Positions 7,902 to 23,787 are shown, counted from the stretch's first letter. The stretch: 64,000 nt of DNA from Gammaproteobacteria bacterium (GCA_050740235.1 JBOIDB010000094.1:10263-74262), one strand, 5' to 3'. The notes: a model not told the origin generated them from the letters alone. A program made the numbers and translations.

Positions 7902-8411
7902 TCAAATGTCGCCGATGATGTCGATCACCTGGTCGCTTTCGTTCTCCGCGCAGTGCGTGACGAGCGCATCGTTCCATACCATGACGGTCGCGTGGCGCCA
8001 GCCCGGCGCGCCGGACTTGCCGGTGAGGTAACCGCCGTACCAGTAGTACACGCGCTCGACGTCGTCGGGCGAGAGCAGGAGATAGTCCTCGCAGCGCAGG
8101 TTCATGATGTCTTCCTGGCTGGTCTGGCCGCTCTGCCCGATGCCGCGCGTCTGCCCCGCGGCTTCCTCGCCCGGATCGCTCGGCTCGGTCGGACGCATCG
8201 GCTCGAGCGGCTGCGTTGCTTCCGGAGGCTGGGTCGGCTCCGGCGGCTCGGTCGGTTCGGCCGGCTGCGTCGGTTCGGCCGGCTGCGTCGGTTCCGTGGG
8301 ATCGATCGGCTGCAACGGATCGTTCGGGCGCGTGGTCTCCTGTGCAATCGCGGCGCCGGTAATGAGCACCGCCGTAGCAACCAGCGTTGCCTCGCGTCTA
8401 TTGCGCATCAT
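7902..8411 (-). CDS. Secreted protein: signal peptide + Pro/Thr/Glu-rich repeat linker + HdeA/HdeB-like C-terminal domain
   Basis: RCEDYLLLSPDDVERVYYWYGGY resembles HdeA TCEDFLAVDE. A second Cys (VTHCAEN) lies 47 residues later, matching the spacing of the HdeA disulfide. Confidence 0.5.
   Translation of the reverse strand: MMRNRREATLVATAVLITGAAIAQETTRPNDPLQPIDPTEPTQPAEPTQPAEPTEPPEPTQPPEATQPLEPMRPTEPSDPGEEAAGQTRGIGQSGQTSQEDIMNLRCEDYLLLSPDDVERVYYWYGGYLTGKSGAPGWRHATVMVWNDALVTHCAENESDQVIDIIGDI
8166..8327 (-). repeat. Coding tandem repeat (PTEPTQPAE-type), including an exact 18-bp unit x2 at 8251-8286
   Basis: GTCGGTTCGGCCGGCTGC is repeated back to back. The translation is PIDPTEPTQPAEPTQPAEPTEPPEPTQPPEATQPLEP. 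Confidence 0.75.
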
Positions 8412-8488
8412 TCACCTCTTGCCGATGCGGCGATCGCCGACAGCTACGATCATGCAAGAAGCGCGCCCGCGCCCGGCGGTAAAGCGCA

Positions 8489-10021
8489 TCAGTGCGCCGC
8501 GATCTGTCGAACGGTCTCGATCGTATCCGCGTCCTCCGGCTGCTTGTCCTCGCGATAGCGCTTCACGCGCGCGAAGCGCAGCGCGAGCCGGCCGGGATAA
8601 TGCGGGCTCGCCTGCAGGTTGTTGAATGCGATCTCGACGACGAGTGCGGGACGCACGTGCACGACGTGCCCTTCCCGGCCAGTCTCGAGCTCGAGCAAGC
8701 GTTTCGTCTGCCATTCGAGCATCCTGTCGGTCATGCCCTTGAAGGTCTTGCCGAGCATGACGAAGCCGCCCGTGTCCGGATCGCGCGCGGCCAGATGCAG
8801 GTTGCTGAGCCAGCCGCGGCGCCGTCCGCTGCCCCATTCGGCGGCAATGACGACGAGATCCAGCGTGTGCGCCGGCTTGATCTTGAGCCAGCCCGCGCCA
8901 CGATTGCCTGCCTCGTAGGTGCTGTCGAGCGATTTGGCCATGAGACCTTCGTGGCACGCCGCAAGCGCTGCTTCCAGGAAAGCGGCGGCGGCTGTGGTTT
9001 CCGCCGTGACAATGCGCGGAATGACGAGCCCCGCAGGCAAGATGTCCGAGAGGCGGGCGAAGCGTCGCGAGGCCGGCAGATCGATCAGATCCGCGCCGTC
9101 CGCATGCAGGCAATCGAAGAAGAATGCGCTCAACGGTAGCGACTCGCGTAACGCGGCGACGTCGAGCTTGCGGCCGAAGCGGCGCATGGTGATCTGAAAC
9201 GGGTGAGGCGTGCCGTCGGCGCGCAGCGCGATGACTTCACCGTCGAGAATGAGCTGCCGGGCGGGCAGCGCGCGTACGCTCTCGACGATCTCCGGAACTC
9301 GCGCGGAGATATCGTTGAGCCGGCGCGTGAAGACGCGGATTTCCGCGTCCGCCTTGTGAACCTGGATGCGCGCGCCGTCGAGCTTGTAGTCGAACGCCGC
9401 CTCGCCGAGCGCGGCGAGTGCCGCGTCCGTGCTCTCCGCCGTCTGCGCGAGCATCGGCTGCACCGGCTTCAGCAACTCCAGCCGGAAAGCGTCGAGGCCC
9501 GCCGGGCCTTCGGTCATGGCGGCCTGTGCGACCGTCGCAGGATTGCCGGCCAGCATGACCGCCCGTCGCACGCGGCTCGCGGGCACTTCAGCAGCTTTTG
9601 CGATGGCTTTGACCATCACCCCCTCGAGCGCGCCCTGCCGCAGCTCACCGAGCGCCAGCCGCGCCAGAAAATCCTGCTCCGTCGACGTGGCGCGGGCGAA
9701 CAGTTCGCCGAGGAGACGCCTGCGCTCGAGACCGGCGCCCTTGCCGGATACGGCGGCCAGTTCCTCGAATGCGGCGTCCACGTCGAGGATATCGAGCGCG
9801 GCGCTGTCCGCCGCCGCGCCGGTATTCAGCGCGCTGCGCACGACCGATAGTCCGAGCCCGATTCGGCCCTGACGCAGGCATCCGGTGAGATAGCCCACGG
9901 CGGGTTCGATTTCCGCCGGCTCGAGCTGGCGCAGGCAAACCTGCAGCAACGCGATCTTCTTCAGCCGGCTGCGCGTTGCCGCCACCGCATCGGAGGTTCC
10001 CGTGAGAGTCGCTAACCGCAT
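8489..10021 (-). CDS. ATP-dependent DNA ligase (DNA-binding, adenylation and OB domains)
   Basis: Motif I YKLDGARIQVH (KxDG), then EGLMAKS and WLKIKP. I chose the start MRLATLTGTSDAVAATRSRL at 10021; the 152 codons upstream in the ORF track look non-coding. Confidence 0.85.
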   Translation of the reverse strand: MRLATLTGTSDAVAATRSRLKKIALLQVCLRQLEPAEIEPAVGYLTGCLRQGRIGLGLSVVRSALNTGAAADSAALDILDVDAAFEELAAVSGKGAGLERRRLLGELFARATSTEQDFLARLALGELRQGALEGVMVKAIAKAAEVPASRVRRAVMLAGNPATVAQAAMTEGPAGLDAFRLELLKPVQPMLAQTAESTDAALAALGEAAFDYKLDGARIQVHKADAEIRVFTRRLNDISARVPEIVESVRALPARQLILDGEVIALRADGTPHPFQITMRRFGRKLDVAALRESLPLSAFFFDCLHADGADLIDLPASRRFARLSDILPAGLVIPRIVTAETTAAAAFLEAALAACHEGLMAKSLDSTYEAGNRGAGWLKIKPAHTLDLVVIAAEWGSGRRRGWLSNLHLAARDPDTGGFVMLGKTFKGMTDRMLEWQTKRLLELETGREGHVVHVRPALVVEIAFNNLQASPHYPGRLALRFARVKRYREDKQPEDADTIETVRQIAAH

Positions 10022-10379
10022 CGACCACCCGACCTGTTCGAACGCTATTGCAGGATACCGAAAAGCCATTGCGGCTTTACGATGTCGCGGAGACGCGATG
10101 CCGGCTTGCTGCCTGGCCGACGCGGTTTGCACCAGGCGATCCGGTGCAGGATGCTCGCGTTCTGGCCGCGGTGAGCTAGACTTCATCAGCACGATAATCC
10201 GGCGTGGCCGGGGCAGCCCCTCAACAACAATCACGGGCTGCTCCAGAACGGGCTGTTCGCCAGTCCCGCCGTCATAACCATCTGGTACTGGTCGGCCCCG
10301 GGCGGATGCCGAGTCGGCCCGCGCAGCATTCACGATCTCACGCCTGAAGACCGGTACCAGCAGAAATGGGTGAACCCAG

Positions 10380-12473
10380 ATGACCGCGAACAAGAACGCA
10401 GACAAGACCGCCAAGAAAGACATGCTCTGCATCAACACGATCCGGACCCTGGCGATGGACGCGGTCGAGGCGGCCAACTCAGGCCACCCGGGAACGCCGA
10501 TGGCGCTGGCGCCGGTCGCTTACACTCTGTGGCAACAGTTTCTCCGCTTCGATCCCGAGGACCCGATCTGGCCCAACCGCGACCGGTTCGTGCTCTCGGT
10601 CGGTCACGCCTCGATGCTGCTCTACGCGATGCTTCACCTGTGCCGGGTCAAGGCGGTGAACCCCAAATACGAAGTGCTTGGCAACCTCTCGGTGTCCCTC
10701 GACGACATCAAGAAGTTCCGCCAGCTCGACTCGCGTTGCGCGGGCCATCCCGAATACCGCTGGACCTCGGGGGTCGAGGTCACCACTGGCCCGCTGGGTC
10801 AGGGGGTCGCGACCAGCGTCGGCATGGCCATGGCCTCGCGCTGGATGGCGAGCTACTTCAATCGCCCGGCCTTCCCGATGTTCGACTACGACTGCTACGC
10901 CCTGTGCGGCGACGGCTGCCTGATGGAGGGCGTCTCCGCAGAGGCCGCCTCCCTTGCCGGTCACCTCCGGTTGTCGAACCTGTGCTGGATTTACGACAAC
11001 AACAAAATCACCATCGAGGGCCACACGGACTTGGCCTTCACCGAGGACGTCGCCACCCGCTTCATCGGCTACGGATGGAACGTCACCCGGGTGGGCGACG
11101 CCAACGACCAGGCGATGCTGCGGCGGGCGTTCAAGACCTTCCGGAACAGCGCCGATCGGCCTACGCTGATCATCGTCGACTCTCACATCGCCTGGGGCTC
11201 GCCCAACAAGCAGGACACCCACGACGCCCACGGTTCGCCGCTCGGTGAGGAGGAGATACGCCTCACCAAGAAAAACTACGGTTGGCCCGAGGACGCCAGG
11301 TTCCTGGTACCCGACGAGGTGCCCGCCCACTTCGCCGCCGGGCTCGGCGCTCGGGGCAGGAAGGGGCGCAGCGAGTGGATGGAGCGCTTCAGGGCTTACG
11401 AGACCGAGTTCCCCGAGCTCGCCAGGCAGCTCTATCAGATGCAGCACCGCCAATTGCCCCCCGGCTGGGATTCGGAGATCCCCACGTTTCCCGCGGACAA
11501 CAAGGGCCTCGCCAGCCGCGATTCCTCGGGCAAGGTCCTCAACGCGATCGCCAGGAAAGTACCGTGGCTGATCGGAGGTGCCGCCGATCTCGCGCCCTCC
11601 ACCAAAACCCGTCTCACCTTCGAAGAAGCCGGCGATCTCACCCCGCAGAACCCCGGCGGCCGCAACATCCACTTCGGCGTTCGCGAGCATGCGATGGCCT
11701 CGGTGCTGAACGGCCTGTCACTCTCGAAGATCCGACCGTATGGCTCGGGCTTCCTCATCTTCTCCGACTACGCGCGCGCGGCGATTCGCCTGTCGGCGCT
11801 GATGGAGATCCCGGTGATCCATATCTTTACCCACGACTCGATCGGAGTCGGGGAAGATGGACCCACCCATCAGCCGATCGAGCAGCTGGCCTCCCTGCGC
11901 GCGTTGCCCCACGTGATGGTGCTGCGCCCCTGCGATGCCAACGAGGTCGCCGCCTGCTGGCGACTCCTGATGGAAGAACGGCACGAGCCGGCGGTGCTGA
12001 TCCTGTCGCGGCAGAACCTCCCGACCATCGACCGTGACAAATACGCCCCGCCGCGGGTCGACCGCGGGGCATACCCGCTGACCAGCGACAAACAGCGAAA
12101 TCTCGATCCGGATGTCATCCTGATCGGAACCGGCAGCGAAGTCTCGCTATGCCTCGAGGCCCACGAGGCGCTGGCTGCGCAGGGAATCAGCGCCCGGGTG
12201 GTGAGCATGCCGTCGTGGGAGCTGTTCGAGGCCCAGGACGTCGAGTACCGTCGCGAGGTCCTGCCGCCGTCGGTGGGCGCCAGGGTGTCGGTCGAGAAGG
12301 GCTCGACCTTCGGCTGGGACCGCTACGTAGGTCCCCACGGGGAAATCATCGGTCTGCGCACCTTCGGCGCCTCCGCCCCGCTGGCCGAGCTGCAGAAGAA
12401 GTTCGGCTTCACCGTCGACAATATCGTCGCCGCGGCGTGCGCCTCGATCGATCGCGCCAGGAACAACGCGTGA
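10380..12473 (+). CDS. tkt: Transketolase
   Basis: NSGHPGTPMALAP, GDGCLMEG and full-length collinearity with transketolases. Confidence 0.95.
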   Translation: MTANKNADKTAKKDMLCINTIRTLAMDAVEAANSGHPGTPMALAPVAYTLWQQFLRFDPEDPIWPNRDRFVLSVGHASMLLYAMLHLCRVKAVNPKYEVLGNLSVSLDDIKKFRQLDSRCAGHPEYRWTSGVEVTTGPLGQGVATSVGMAMASRWMASYFNRPAFPMFDYDCYALCGDGCLMEGVSAEAASLAGHLRLSNLCWIYDNNKITIEGHTDLAFTEDVATRFIGYGWNVTRVGDANDQAMLRRAFKTFRNSADRPTLIIVDSHIAWGSPNKQDTHDAHGSPLGEEEIRLTKKNYGWPEDARFLVPDEVPAHFAAGLGARGRKGRSEWMERFRAYETEFPELARQLYQMQHRQLPPGWDSEIPTFPADNKGLASRDSSGKVLNAIARKVPWLIGGAADLAPSTKTRLTFEEAGDLTPQNPGGRNIHFGVREHAMASVLNGLSLSKIRPYGSGFLIFSDYARAAIRLSALMEIPVIHIFTHDSIGVGEDGPTHQPIEQLASLRALPHVMVLRPCDANEVAACWRLLMEERHEPAVLILSRQNLPTIDRDKYAPPRVDRGAYPLTSDKQRNLDPDVILIGTGSEVSLCLEAHEALAAQGISARVVSMPSWELFEAQDVEYRREVLPPSVGARVSVEKGSTFGWDRYVGPHGEIIGLRTFGASAPLAELQKKFGFTVDNIVAAACASIDRARNNA

Positions 12474-12490
12474 GAGGGGCTGCGAATTCC

Positions 12491-16812
<4,322 letters not shown>

Positions 16813-16820
<8 letters not shown>

Positions 16821-18231
16821 CAACCAGAAATCCCAGTTCGGCATGATCGGAATGGCGGTGATGGGGCGGAACCTGGCCATGAACATCGCCGATCACGACA
16901 CCCGGGTGACCGTCTTCAGCCGTGAGCCGAAGGCAGTGGAAGCCGCCGTCGCCGAGAGCGGCGGCAAGTTGCATGGCGCCCGCAGCCTGCAAGAACTGGC
17001 CGGCTCGCTCGAGAAGCCGCGCAGGATCATGATGATGATCAAGGCCGGCAAGCCGGTCGACATCGTCATCGAGCAGCTCAAGCCGCTGCTCGATGAGGGC
17101 GACATCGTCATCGACGGCGGCAACTCCTGGTATGAGGACACGCGCCGCCGCGAGAAGGACTGCGCCTCCGTCGGACTCAAGTTCTTCGGCGTCGGGGTCT
17201 CCGGCGGTGAGGATGGCGCCCGCCACGGACCGTCGCTGATGCCCGGCGGCGACAGTGAGGCGTATCAGGAGATCAGGCCGGTGTTCGAAGCCATCGCCGC
17301 CAGAACCGACTCCGGGCCCTGCGTCACCCATGTCGGCCCCGACGGCGCCGGTCATTTCCTCAAGATGGTGCACAACGGCATCGAATATGCCGACATGCAG
17401 TTCATTGCCGAGGCCTATCACGTGCTCAAGGACGTGGTCGGCCTGAGTCCGGAAGCACTCGCCGATGTGTTCGGCGAATGGAACCGGGGCCTGCTCGAAT
17501 CGTTTCTCATCGAGATCACCGCCAGGATCTTCAGCGTCAAGGATCCCCGTGGCGGCTTCCTGGTCGATCAGGTGCTCGACAAGGCCGGGCAGAAAGGGAC
17601 GGGTCGCTGGACCGCGCTGGTCGCGCTCGAGCACGGGGTGGCGATTCCCAGTATCGCCGCGGCTATCGATGCTCGCGTGCTCTCGTCGCAAAAGGCCGAG
17701 CGCGAACGCGCGAGCAAGGTCCTCAGCGGACCCGGGCCCACGAGGCGGACCGGAAATGTCAGGGAGCTGATCCGGCAGGTCCACGATGCCCTCTACGCCG
17801 CCAAGATTGTCGCGTACGCCCAGGGCATGGACCTCATTGGCACCGTCTCGCGCCAGCTCGAATGGAACATCGACCTGCGCGAGACCGCCCGTATCTGGAA
17901 AGGCGGCTGCATCATCCGCGCCCGCTTCCTCGACACCATCATGCAGGCTTACGAGCGCGACGCCCAGCTGTCCAACTTGCTGCTCGACGGCGATCTGCGT
18001 GACGGCGTCGAGTCGCGTCAGTGCGCCTGGCGCGAGGTCGTGGGACTGGCGCAGAAGAACGGCATTCCGGTCTCGGGCATGGCGACCGGACTGGCGTACT
18101 TCGACAGCTATCGCAGCGCCAACCTGCCCCAGAATCTCACGCAGGCCCAGCGCGATGCGTTCGGCGCTCATACATACCAGCGCAAAGACGACGCCGATGG
18201 GCCGTTCATCCACACCAACTGGTTGGATTGA
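16813..18231 (+). CDS. gnd: 6-phosphogluconate dehydrogenase (decarboxylating)
   Basis: The N-terminal Rossmann motif [16 protein letters not shown] and full-length similarity. The start overlaps the tal stop by 8 nt. Confidence 0.9.
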
Positions 18232-18263
18232 TCCGTAACCTGCCGGGGAACGGTTGATCGACG

Positions 18264-18965
18264 ATGCGCACTCTGACCATCGACATTGGCGGCACGGGCA
18301 TCAAGCTTCTGCCGATAGACAGCGAAGGAAGGCCGCTGGCCGAGCGCCACCGCGAGCTCACGCCCAAACCGTCTACCCCGGCGGCGGTGATGGGGCTCAT
18401 CGAAAGCATGGTGGCCAGGCAGGAGCCGTTCGATCGGGTTTCGGTCGGGTTCCCGGGGGTCGTGATGCACGGGGTGGTGAAGACCGCTCCCAACCTCGGC
18501 ACTGAAGAATGGTGCGGGTTCGACCTGCAGAAGGCGATCGCTCGCTGCGCCAGGAGGCCGACCCGGACGCTCAACGACGCCGACCTCCAGGGGTACGGGG
18601 TGATCGAGGGTAAGGGGGTCGAGCTGGTGCTCACCCTGGGCACCGGTCTCGGCACCGGCCTCTACGTCGACGGTCACCTGGTGCCGAACCTCGAACTCGC
18701 CCACCATCCTCTTCGTAACGGAAAGACGTACGAGGATCTGGTGAGCGATGCCGAGCTGGAGCGCATCGGCGAGGAAGCGTGGTGCGAGCGGGTCGATGCG
18801 ATCATCGAGGCCCTGCGACCGATCTTCAACTACGACATTCTCCATATCGGCGGCGGCAACGCGGGCAAGCTCAGGGAATCGCTGCCGGAGAACGTGCACC
18901 GGTTCGAGAGCGTCGCGGGCCTTGCCGGCGGAATTCGCCTGTGGCAGGACGAGAACACGAAGTAG
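18264..18965 (+). CDS. Short ROK-family sugar kinase, polyphosphate/ATP-glucokinase-like
   Basis: IDIGGTGIK phosphate-1 motif. At 233 aa it is short and lacks the Cys-rich Zn motif of long ROK glucokinases, as in PPGK-type enzymes. Confidence 0.65.
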   Translation: MRTLTIDIGGTGIKLLPIDSEGRPLAERHRELTPKPSTPAAVMGLIESMVARQEPFDRVSVGFPGVVMHGVVKTAPNLGTEEWCGFDLQKAIARCARRPTRTLNDADLQGYGVIEGKGVELVLTLGTGLGTGLYVDGHLVPNLELAHHPLRNGKTYEDLVSDAELERIGEEAWCERVDAIIEALRPIFNYDILHIGGGNAGKLRESLPENVHRFESVAGLAGGIRLWQDENTK

Positions 18966-21064
18966 ACATTGACGATTCCCGGGAGTGGCTCGAGGCGGAC
19001 CAGCTCGGCGGGTTCGCGATGGGAACCGCGTCGGGGATCCGCAGCCGCCGCTATCACGCGCTCCTCACCACCGCGACCGTGCCGCCGACCGGGAGGGTCA
19101 CGTTGATCGCGGGTGCCGAGGTGTGGCTCGAGGCTCTCGAAGGCGAAGCCGCCAACGAGAAGGTCGCGCTCTCGAGCCAACGCTACGCGCCCGGCGTCGT
19201 TCACCCCGCAGGCTATCGGCACATCGTCGGGTTCACCGCCGAGCCATGGCCGCGGTGGACCTTTCGCGTCGACCGCGAAACGACGGTCGAGCACGAGATT
19301 TTCTGCCACCGGCCCTCGGGAGAGGTCGTGCTCCGCTGGTGGCTGCGCGGACCGCGGGGGGGCGAGCTCGCGGTGCGATTGCTCCTGGCGGCGCGTGACT
19401 ATCATTGCCTCGGCGGCGAGAACCCCGGCTTCTGCTTCGACGCCCAGATTACCGGCGGCCGCACCGGGGGCAACGTAGCCTGGCAGCCGTATCCGGATCG
19501 GCCGGCAATCACCGCCCTGACCAATGGGCGCTATCAGCACGACCCGATCTGGTATCGACAGTTTCTCTACGTGGAGGAGCGGGCTCGCGGCCTCGACCAT
19601 CTCGAAGATCTCGGGTCTCCGGGCATCTTTCGCTTCCGGCTCGAACCGGCGACCGATATCGATGCGCCCACGGGACGCGCCGTCGGCACGACGGGCCGGG
19701 AATCGGAGCGGCGTGTGTCGGCATCCATGAGCACCCAAAGCGCAGGCCGAACGCGGCCAGCGGTGCGATCGGGGCGGCATGCGATCGTGGTGCTTCGCGC
19801 GGGCCGGGCTCCATGGGGCGACGCCGGCGCCATCGCCGCGGATCACCAGGCCGTCGAGGTCGCGCGCCGCGGGGATCCAATCGAGCGCGCGGTAGACGCG
19901 TATCTGGTTCACCGCGGCAGTGCCCTCACCGTGATCGCCGGCTACCCGTGGTTCACCGACTGGGGACGCGACACGTTCATCGCCCTGCGCGGCATGTGCC
20001 TGGCGCCGGGCCGCCCCGCTCACCGGCTCGGTCAGGCGCGCGCGGTTCTCACCGCCTGGGCCGGCGAGGTTACCGGCGGCATGATCCCCAATCGCTTCAC
20101 TGACGGCGAGGCGCCGGAGCTCAACGCAGTGGATGCTTCCCTGTGGTTCGTGATCGCCGCCGGCGAGCTGCTCGAGCGCGCCAGGGTGAGCGATGCCGAG
20201 CGCCGTGGAATCGCAGCCGCGGTCGGGTCGATCCTTGCCGCATATCTCGCCGGTACCCGCTATCGCATCGGCTGCGCCGAAGACGGCCTGATCGCCGCCG
20301 GTGAGCCCGGTGTGCAGCTCACCTGGATGGACGCCAAAGTCGACGGACGGGTGATCACCCCGCGCATCGGCAAGCCGGTGGAGATTCAGGCCCTGTGGGT
20401 GAATGCGCTGGCGGTCGGTGAGCGCCTCGGCGACGACGTGGCCGCGGCCCGCTTTGCCGGGCTGCGCCGACGGGCGACCGAGAGCTTCCTCGCCCGTTTC
20501 CCGGCGTCGTCCCATCAAGGGCTCCACGACGTCGTAGACGCCGACCATGTTCCGGGAAACGATGACGCCTCGTTCCGGCCCAACCAGATCTTCGCCGTAG
20601 GCGGCCTGCCGCTGGCGCTCCTCAAAGGACCCGCGGCGCGGGCGGTGGTCGACGAGGTCGAGCGGCGCCTGTGGACGCCGCGGGGCCTGCGCACCCTGGA
20701 CCCTGATGATCCCGCCTACCGCTCGCACTATCAGAACGATTCGAACGACCCGAGTAGCTACGTCAGCGCACGCTATCGCGACGAGTCGTATCATCAGGGT
20801 ACGGTTTGGCCATGGCTCGCGGGCCCCTTCGTCGAAGCCTGGCTGCGGGTCCGCGGTAACGGGCCGGAAGCAAAAGCCGAAGCGCGCCGCCGCTTCGTCG
20901 AGCCGATGGCCGCCGAGCTCGCCGCGTCCGGGCTCGGCCATATTTCCGAGATTGCCGACGGCGATCCGCCCCATGCGCCGCACGGCGCCCCTTTTCAAGC
21001 CTGGTCCCTTGGCGAGTACCTGCGCGCCTGGGCCCTGGTGGCCGACCAGGAAAATCTGCGATGA
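18941..21064 (+). CDS. Glycogen debranching enzyme family protein (amylo-alpha-1,6-glucosidase type)
   Basis: [29 protein letters not shown] is the family N-terminus, and [17 protein letters not shown] is the catalytic-domain signature. The GTG at 18941 is the first plausible start that keeps the conserved N-terminus, but the start remains uncertain. Confidence 0.8.
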   Translation: MAGREHEVDIDDSREWLEADQLGGFAMGTASGIRSRRYHALLTTATVPPTGRVTLIAGAEVWLEALEGEAANEKVALSSQRYAPGVVHPAGYRHIVGFTAEPWPRWTFRVDRETTVEHEIFCHRPSGEVVLRWWLRGPRGGELAVRLLLAARDYHCLGGENPGFCFDAQITGGRTGGNVAWQPYPDRPAITALTNGRYQHDPIWYRQFLYVEERARGLDHLEDLGSPGIFRFRLEPATDIDAPTGRAVGTTGRESERRVSASMSTQSAGRTRPAVRSGRHAIVVLRAGRAPWGDAGAIAADHQAVEVARRGDPIERAVDAYLVHRGSALTVIAGYPWFTDWGRDTFIALRGMCLAPGRPAHRLGQARAVLTAWAGEVTGGMIPNRFTDGEAPELNAVDASLWFVIAAGELLERARVSDAERRGIAAAVGSILAAYLAGTRYRIGCAEDGLIAAGEPGVQLTWMDAKVDGRVITPRIGKPVEIQALWVNALAVGERLGDDVAAARFAGLRRRATESFLARFPASSHQGLHDVVDADHVPGNDDASFRPNQIFAVGGLPLALLKGPAARAVVDEVERRLWTPRGLRTLDPDDPAYRSHYQNDSNDPSSYVSARYRDESYHQGTVWPWLAGPFVEAWLRVRGNGPEAKAEARRRFVEPMAAELAASGLGHISEIADGDPPHAPHGAPFQAWSLGEYLRAWALVADQENLR

Positions 21065-23697
21065 GCAAAAAGCTCGATCCCGAGCGCAGGCGGCTCGAGC
21101 GGGCGGGTCTCGAGTGGAAGAAGTGGGGGCCTTATCTGAGCGAGCGCCAGTGGGGCACGGTGCGCGAGGACTACAGCGCCCATGGCACTGCCTGGGAGTA
21201 CCTGCCCCACGATCACGCCCGCAGCCGCGCCTATCGCTGGGGCGAAGACGGCATTGGCGGCTACAGCGACAACAAGTCTCGCCTGTGCCTGGCGCTGGCG
21301 CTGTGGAACGGCCGCGATCCGATTCTCAAGGAGCGCTTCTTCGGCCTCACCAATACCGAAGCCAGCCACGGCGAAGACGTCAAGGAGCTCTATTACTACC
21401 TCGACGCCACCCCGACTCACTCGTACCTGAAGATGCTCTACAAGTATCCCCAGGCCGAGTTCCCCTATGCCTGGCTGGCGGAAGAAAACCGGCGGCGCGG
21501 CAGGAATCAGCGCGAGTTCGACTTGCTCGACACCGGCATCTTCGACGACGACCGCTACTTCGACGTGTTGATCGAGTACGCCCGCGCGGGCGTCGATGAC
21601 CTGCTGATGCAAATCACCGCTCACAATCGCGGGCCCGATCCGGCGGAGCTCCATCTGTTGCCTCATCTGTGGTTCCGAAACACCTGGGCCTGGGGACGCC
21701 GGCCGCAGGTGCCGAAGATCGAGCTCACCGCCCCGGGGCTGCTCATCGCCCGCCATTACCAGTTGGGAGATCTCCAGTTCGAGCTCGACGGCGATCCGGG
21801 CATCTACCTCTGCGACAACGAAACCAACAACGAACGACTGTTCAAGGTCGGCGGTCCGCCCTACCCCAAGGATGCTTTCCATCGCCGGGTGGTCGGGGGC
21901 GATTTCGAGGCGGTCAACCCGGCCCGGGTCGGCACCAAGTCGGCTGCGCACTACCGCGCCGAAGTCGCTCCCGGTCAGGCCATGATAATGCGGGCACGCC
22001 TGCGCCCAGTAGGCTCCGGCCGCGGCTTCACCGACTTCGACGAGCTGTTCGCACGTCGCAGGAGGGAGGCCGATCAATTTTACGCAGTGCTGCAGGAGCG
22101 GATCGCTGATCCGGACCAGCGCCTGGTTCAGCGCCAGGCGCTCGCCGGCATGATCTGGACGAAGCAGTTCTACTACTACGACGTCAATCAATGGCTCGAG
22201 GGCGACCCGGCCCAGCCGCCGCCGCCGGGGGAGCGCAAGGACGGCCGCAACGCGGACTGGGAGCACCTCAACAATGCCAACATCATCTCGATGCCCGACA
22301 AGTGGGAGTACCCCTGGTACGCCGCCTGGGACACAGCGTTCCACTGCCTGCCGCTGGCGCTGATCGACGTCGACTTCGCCAAGCACCAGCTCGATCTGCT
22401 GACCCGCGAATGGTACATGCACCCGAACGGTCAGCTTCCGGCCTACGAATGGGCTTTAGGCGACGTCAATCCGCCGGTGCATGCCTGGGCGACCTGGCGC
22501 GTGTATCAGATCGATCGCAAGATTCACGGCGGAAAGCCTGATCTCAAGTTCCTGGAGCGGGTCTTCCACAAGCTGCTCCTCAATTTCACCTGGTGGGTGA
22601 ACCGGAAAGATCGCGACGGCAACAACGTGTTCCAGGGCGGCTTTCTCGGTCTCGACAACATCGGCGTGTTCGATCGCAACACGGCGCTGCCCACCGGCGG
22701 CCACATCAACCAGGCCGACGGCACGGCTTGGATGGCGATGTACTGCCTTAACCTGCTGCGCATCGCCCTCGAGCTCGCCCAGTACAACGATGTCTATGAG
22801 GACATCGCCACCAAGTTCTTCGAGCACTTCCTCCATATCGCCGAGGCGATCGGTCACCTCGGCGGCAGCGGCCTGTGGGACGACAAGGACAAGTTCTATT
22901 ACGACTGGCTCGACCTGACCGACACCGCGAACGGCGGCGGCAAGATCCCGCTGCGGGTGCGGAGCATGGTCGGTCTGATCCCGCTGTACGCGGTGGAAGT
23001 GATCGAGCCCGAGCTGCTCGACCGTCTGCCCGCTTTCAAGCGCCGCCTCGAGTGGTTTCTGAAGTACCGCCCGGATCTGGCGAACCTGATCTCCCACTGG
23101 GAAGTCGAAGGCAAAGGCCACCGCCGCCTTCTGTCGCTGGTTCGCGGACACCGGATGAAACGCCTGCTCCTCCGCATGCTCGACGAGAGCGAATTTCTCT
23201 CCGACTACGGCATCCGAGCCCTCTCCAAGGTGCACGAGGAGCAGCCGTTCCGCTTTCACTGCGAGGGCCGGGAGCATGTGGTGCGCTACACCCCCGGTGA
23301 GTCCGATACTCACCTGTTCGGCGGCAACTCCAACTGGCGAGGGCCCATCTGGTTCCCGGTCAACTTCCTGCTGATCGAGTCCTTGCAGCGATTCCATCAC
23401 TACTACGGCGACGATTTCCTGGTGGAATACCCCACAGGCTCGGGCAAAAAGCTCACGCTCGTCGCCATCGCCGAGGAGATCTCAAAGCGGCTCATCCGCC
23501 TGTTCACCCGCGATGCCGAGGGAAACAGGCCGGCGATGCAGCAACACCTCAAGTTCCGCGATCCCCACTTCCGCGACCACATCCTGTTCTTCGAATACTT
23601 CCACGGCGACAACGGCCGCGGGGTCGGCGCGTCTCACCAGACGGGCTGGACCGGGCTGGTCGCCAAGCTCATCCAGCCGCGCGGCAAGCTGCATTGA
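21061..23697 (+). CDS. GH63-like glucosidase (MGH1-like / processing-glucosidase-like)
   Basis: At 878 aa, the N-terminus [21 protein letters not shown]...AWEY is characteristic of bacterial GH63-type 'glucosidase' proteins. ATGA overlap with the preceding gene. Confidence 0.75.
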   Translation: MSKKLDPERRRLERAGLEWKKWGPYLSERQWGTVREDYSAHGTAWEYLPHDHARSRAYRWGEDGIGGYSDNKSRLCLALALWNGRDPILKERFFGLTNTEASHGEDVKELYYYLDATPTHSYLKMLYKYPQAEFPYAWLAEENRRRGRNQREFDLLDTGIFDDDRYFDVLIEYARAGVDDLLMQITAHNRGPDPAELHLLPHLWFRNTWAWGRRPQVPKIELTAPGLLIARHYQLGDLQFELDGDPGIYLCDNETNNERLFKVGGPPYPKDAFHRRVVGGDFEAVNPARVGTKSAAHYRAEVAPGQAMIMRARLRPVGSGRGFTDFDELFARRRREADQFYAVLQERIADPDQRLVQRQALAGMIWTKQFYYYDVNQWLEGDPAQPPPPGERKDGRNADWEHLNNANIISMPDKWEYPWYAAWDTAFHCLPLALIDVDFAKHQLDLLTREWYMHPNGQLPAYEWALGDVNPPVHAWATWRVYQIDRKIHGGKPDLKFLERVFHKLLLNFTWWVNRKDRDGNNVFQGGFLGLDNIGVFDRNTALPTGGHINQADGTAWMAMYCLNLLRIALELAQYNDVYEDIATKFFEHFLHIAEAIGHLGGSGLWDDKDKFYYDWLDLTDTANGGGKIPLRVRSMVGLIPLYAVEVIEPELLDRLPAFKRRLEWFLKYRPDLANLISHWEVEGKGHRRLLSLVRGHRMKRLLLRMLDESEFLSDYGIRALSKVHEEQPFRFHCEGREHVVRYTPGESDTHLFGGNSNWRGPIWFPVNFLLIESLQRFHHYYGDDFLVEYPTGSGKKLTLVAIAEEISKRLIRLFTRDAEGNRPAMQQHLKFRDPHFRDHILFFEYFHGDNGRGVGASHQTGWTGLVAKLIQPRGKLH

Positions 23698-23787
23698 GGA
23701 CAGTCAGCCCGCGATGCACAGTCGGACACTCCGACGATAAGATCTTCCTATCCTTTCGACCTGTGGAATCTGACCAACGGAACTGAA

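Noticed and set aside
8233-8296. Short tandem DNA repeats that could superficially suggest a CRISPR-like or VNTR array.
   Set aside because: The units are contiguous with no spacers, lie in frame inside a CDS, and encode the Pro-rich linker.
10022-10477. The 152-codon N-terminal extension of the ligase ORF in the six-frame track.
   Set aside because: The conserved ligase N-terminus starts at MRLATLTG (10021). The upstream part has no ligase-like sequence and would run into the tkt gene region.
12149-12490. 5' extensions of zwf (12149), tal (15498), gnd (16489), GDE (18779), ada (26373) and others as listed in the ORF track.
   Set aside because: They overlap the preceding, well-supported genes in another frame. 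Internal starts immediately after or overlapping the upstream stop codon fit the family N-termini.
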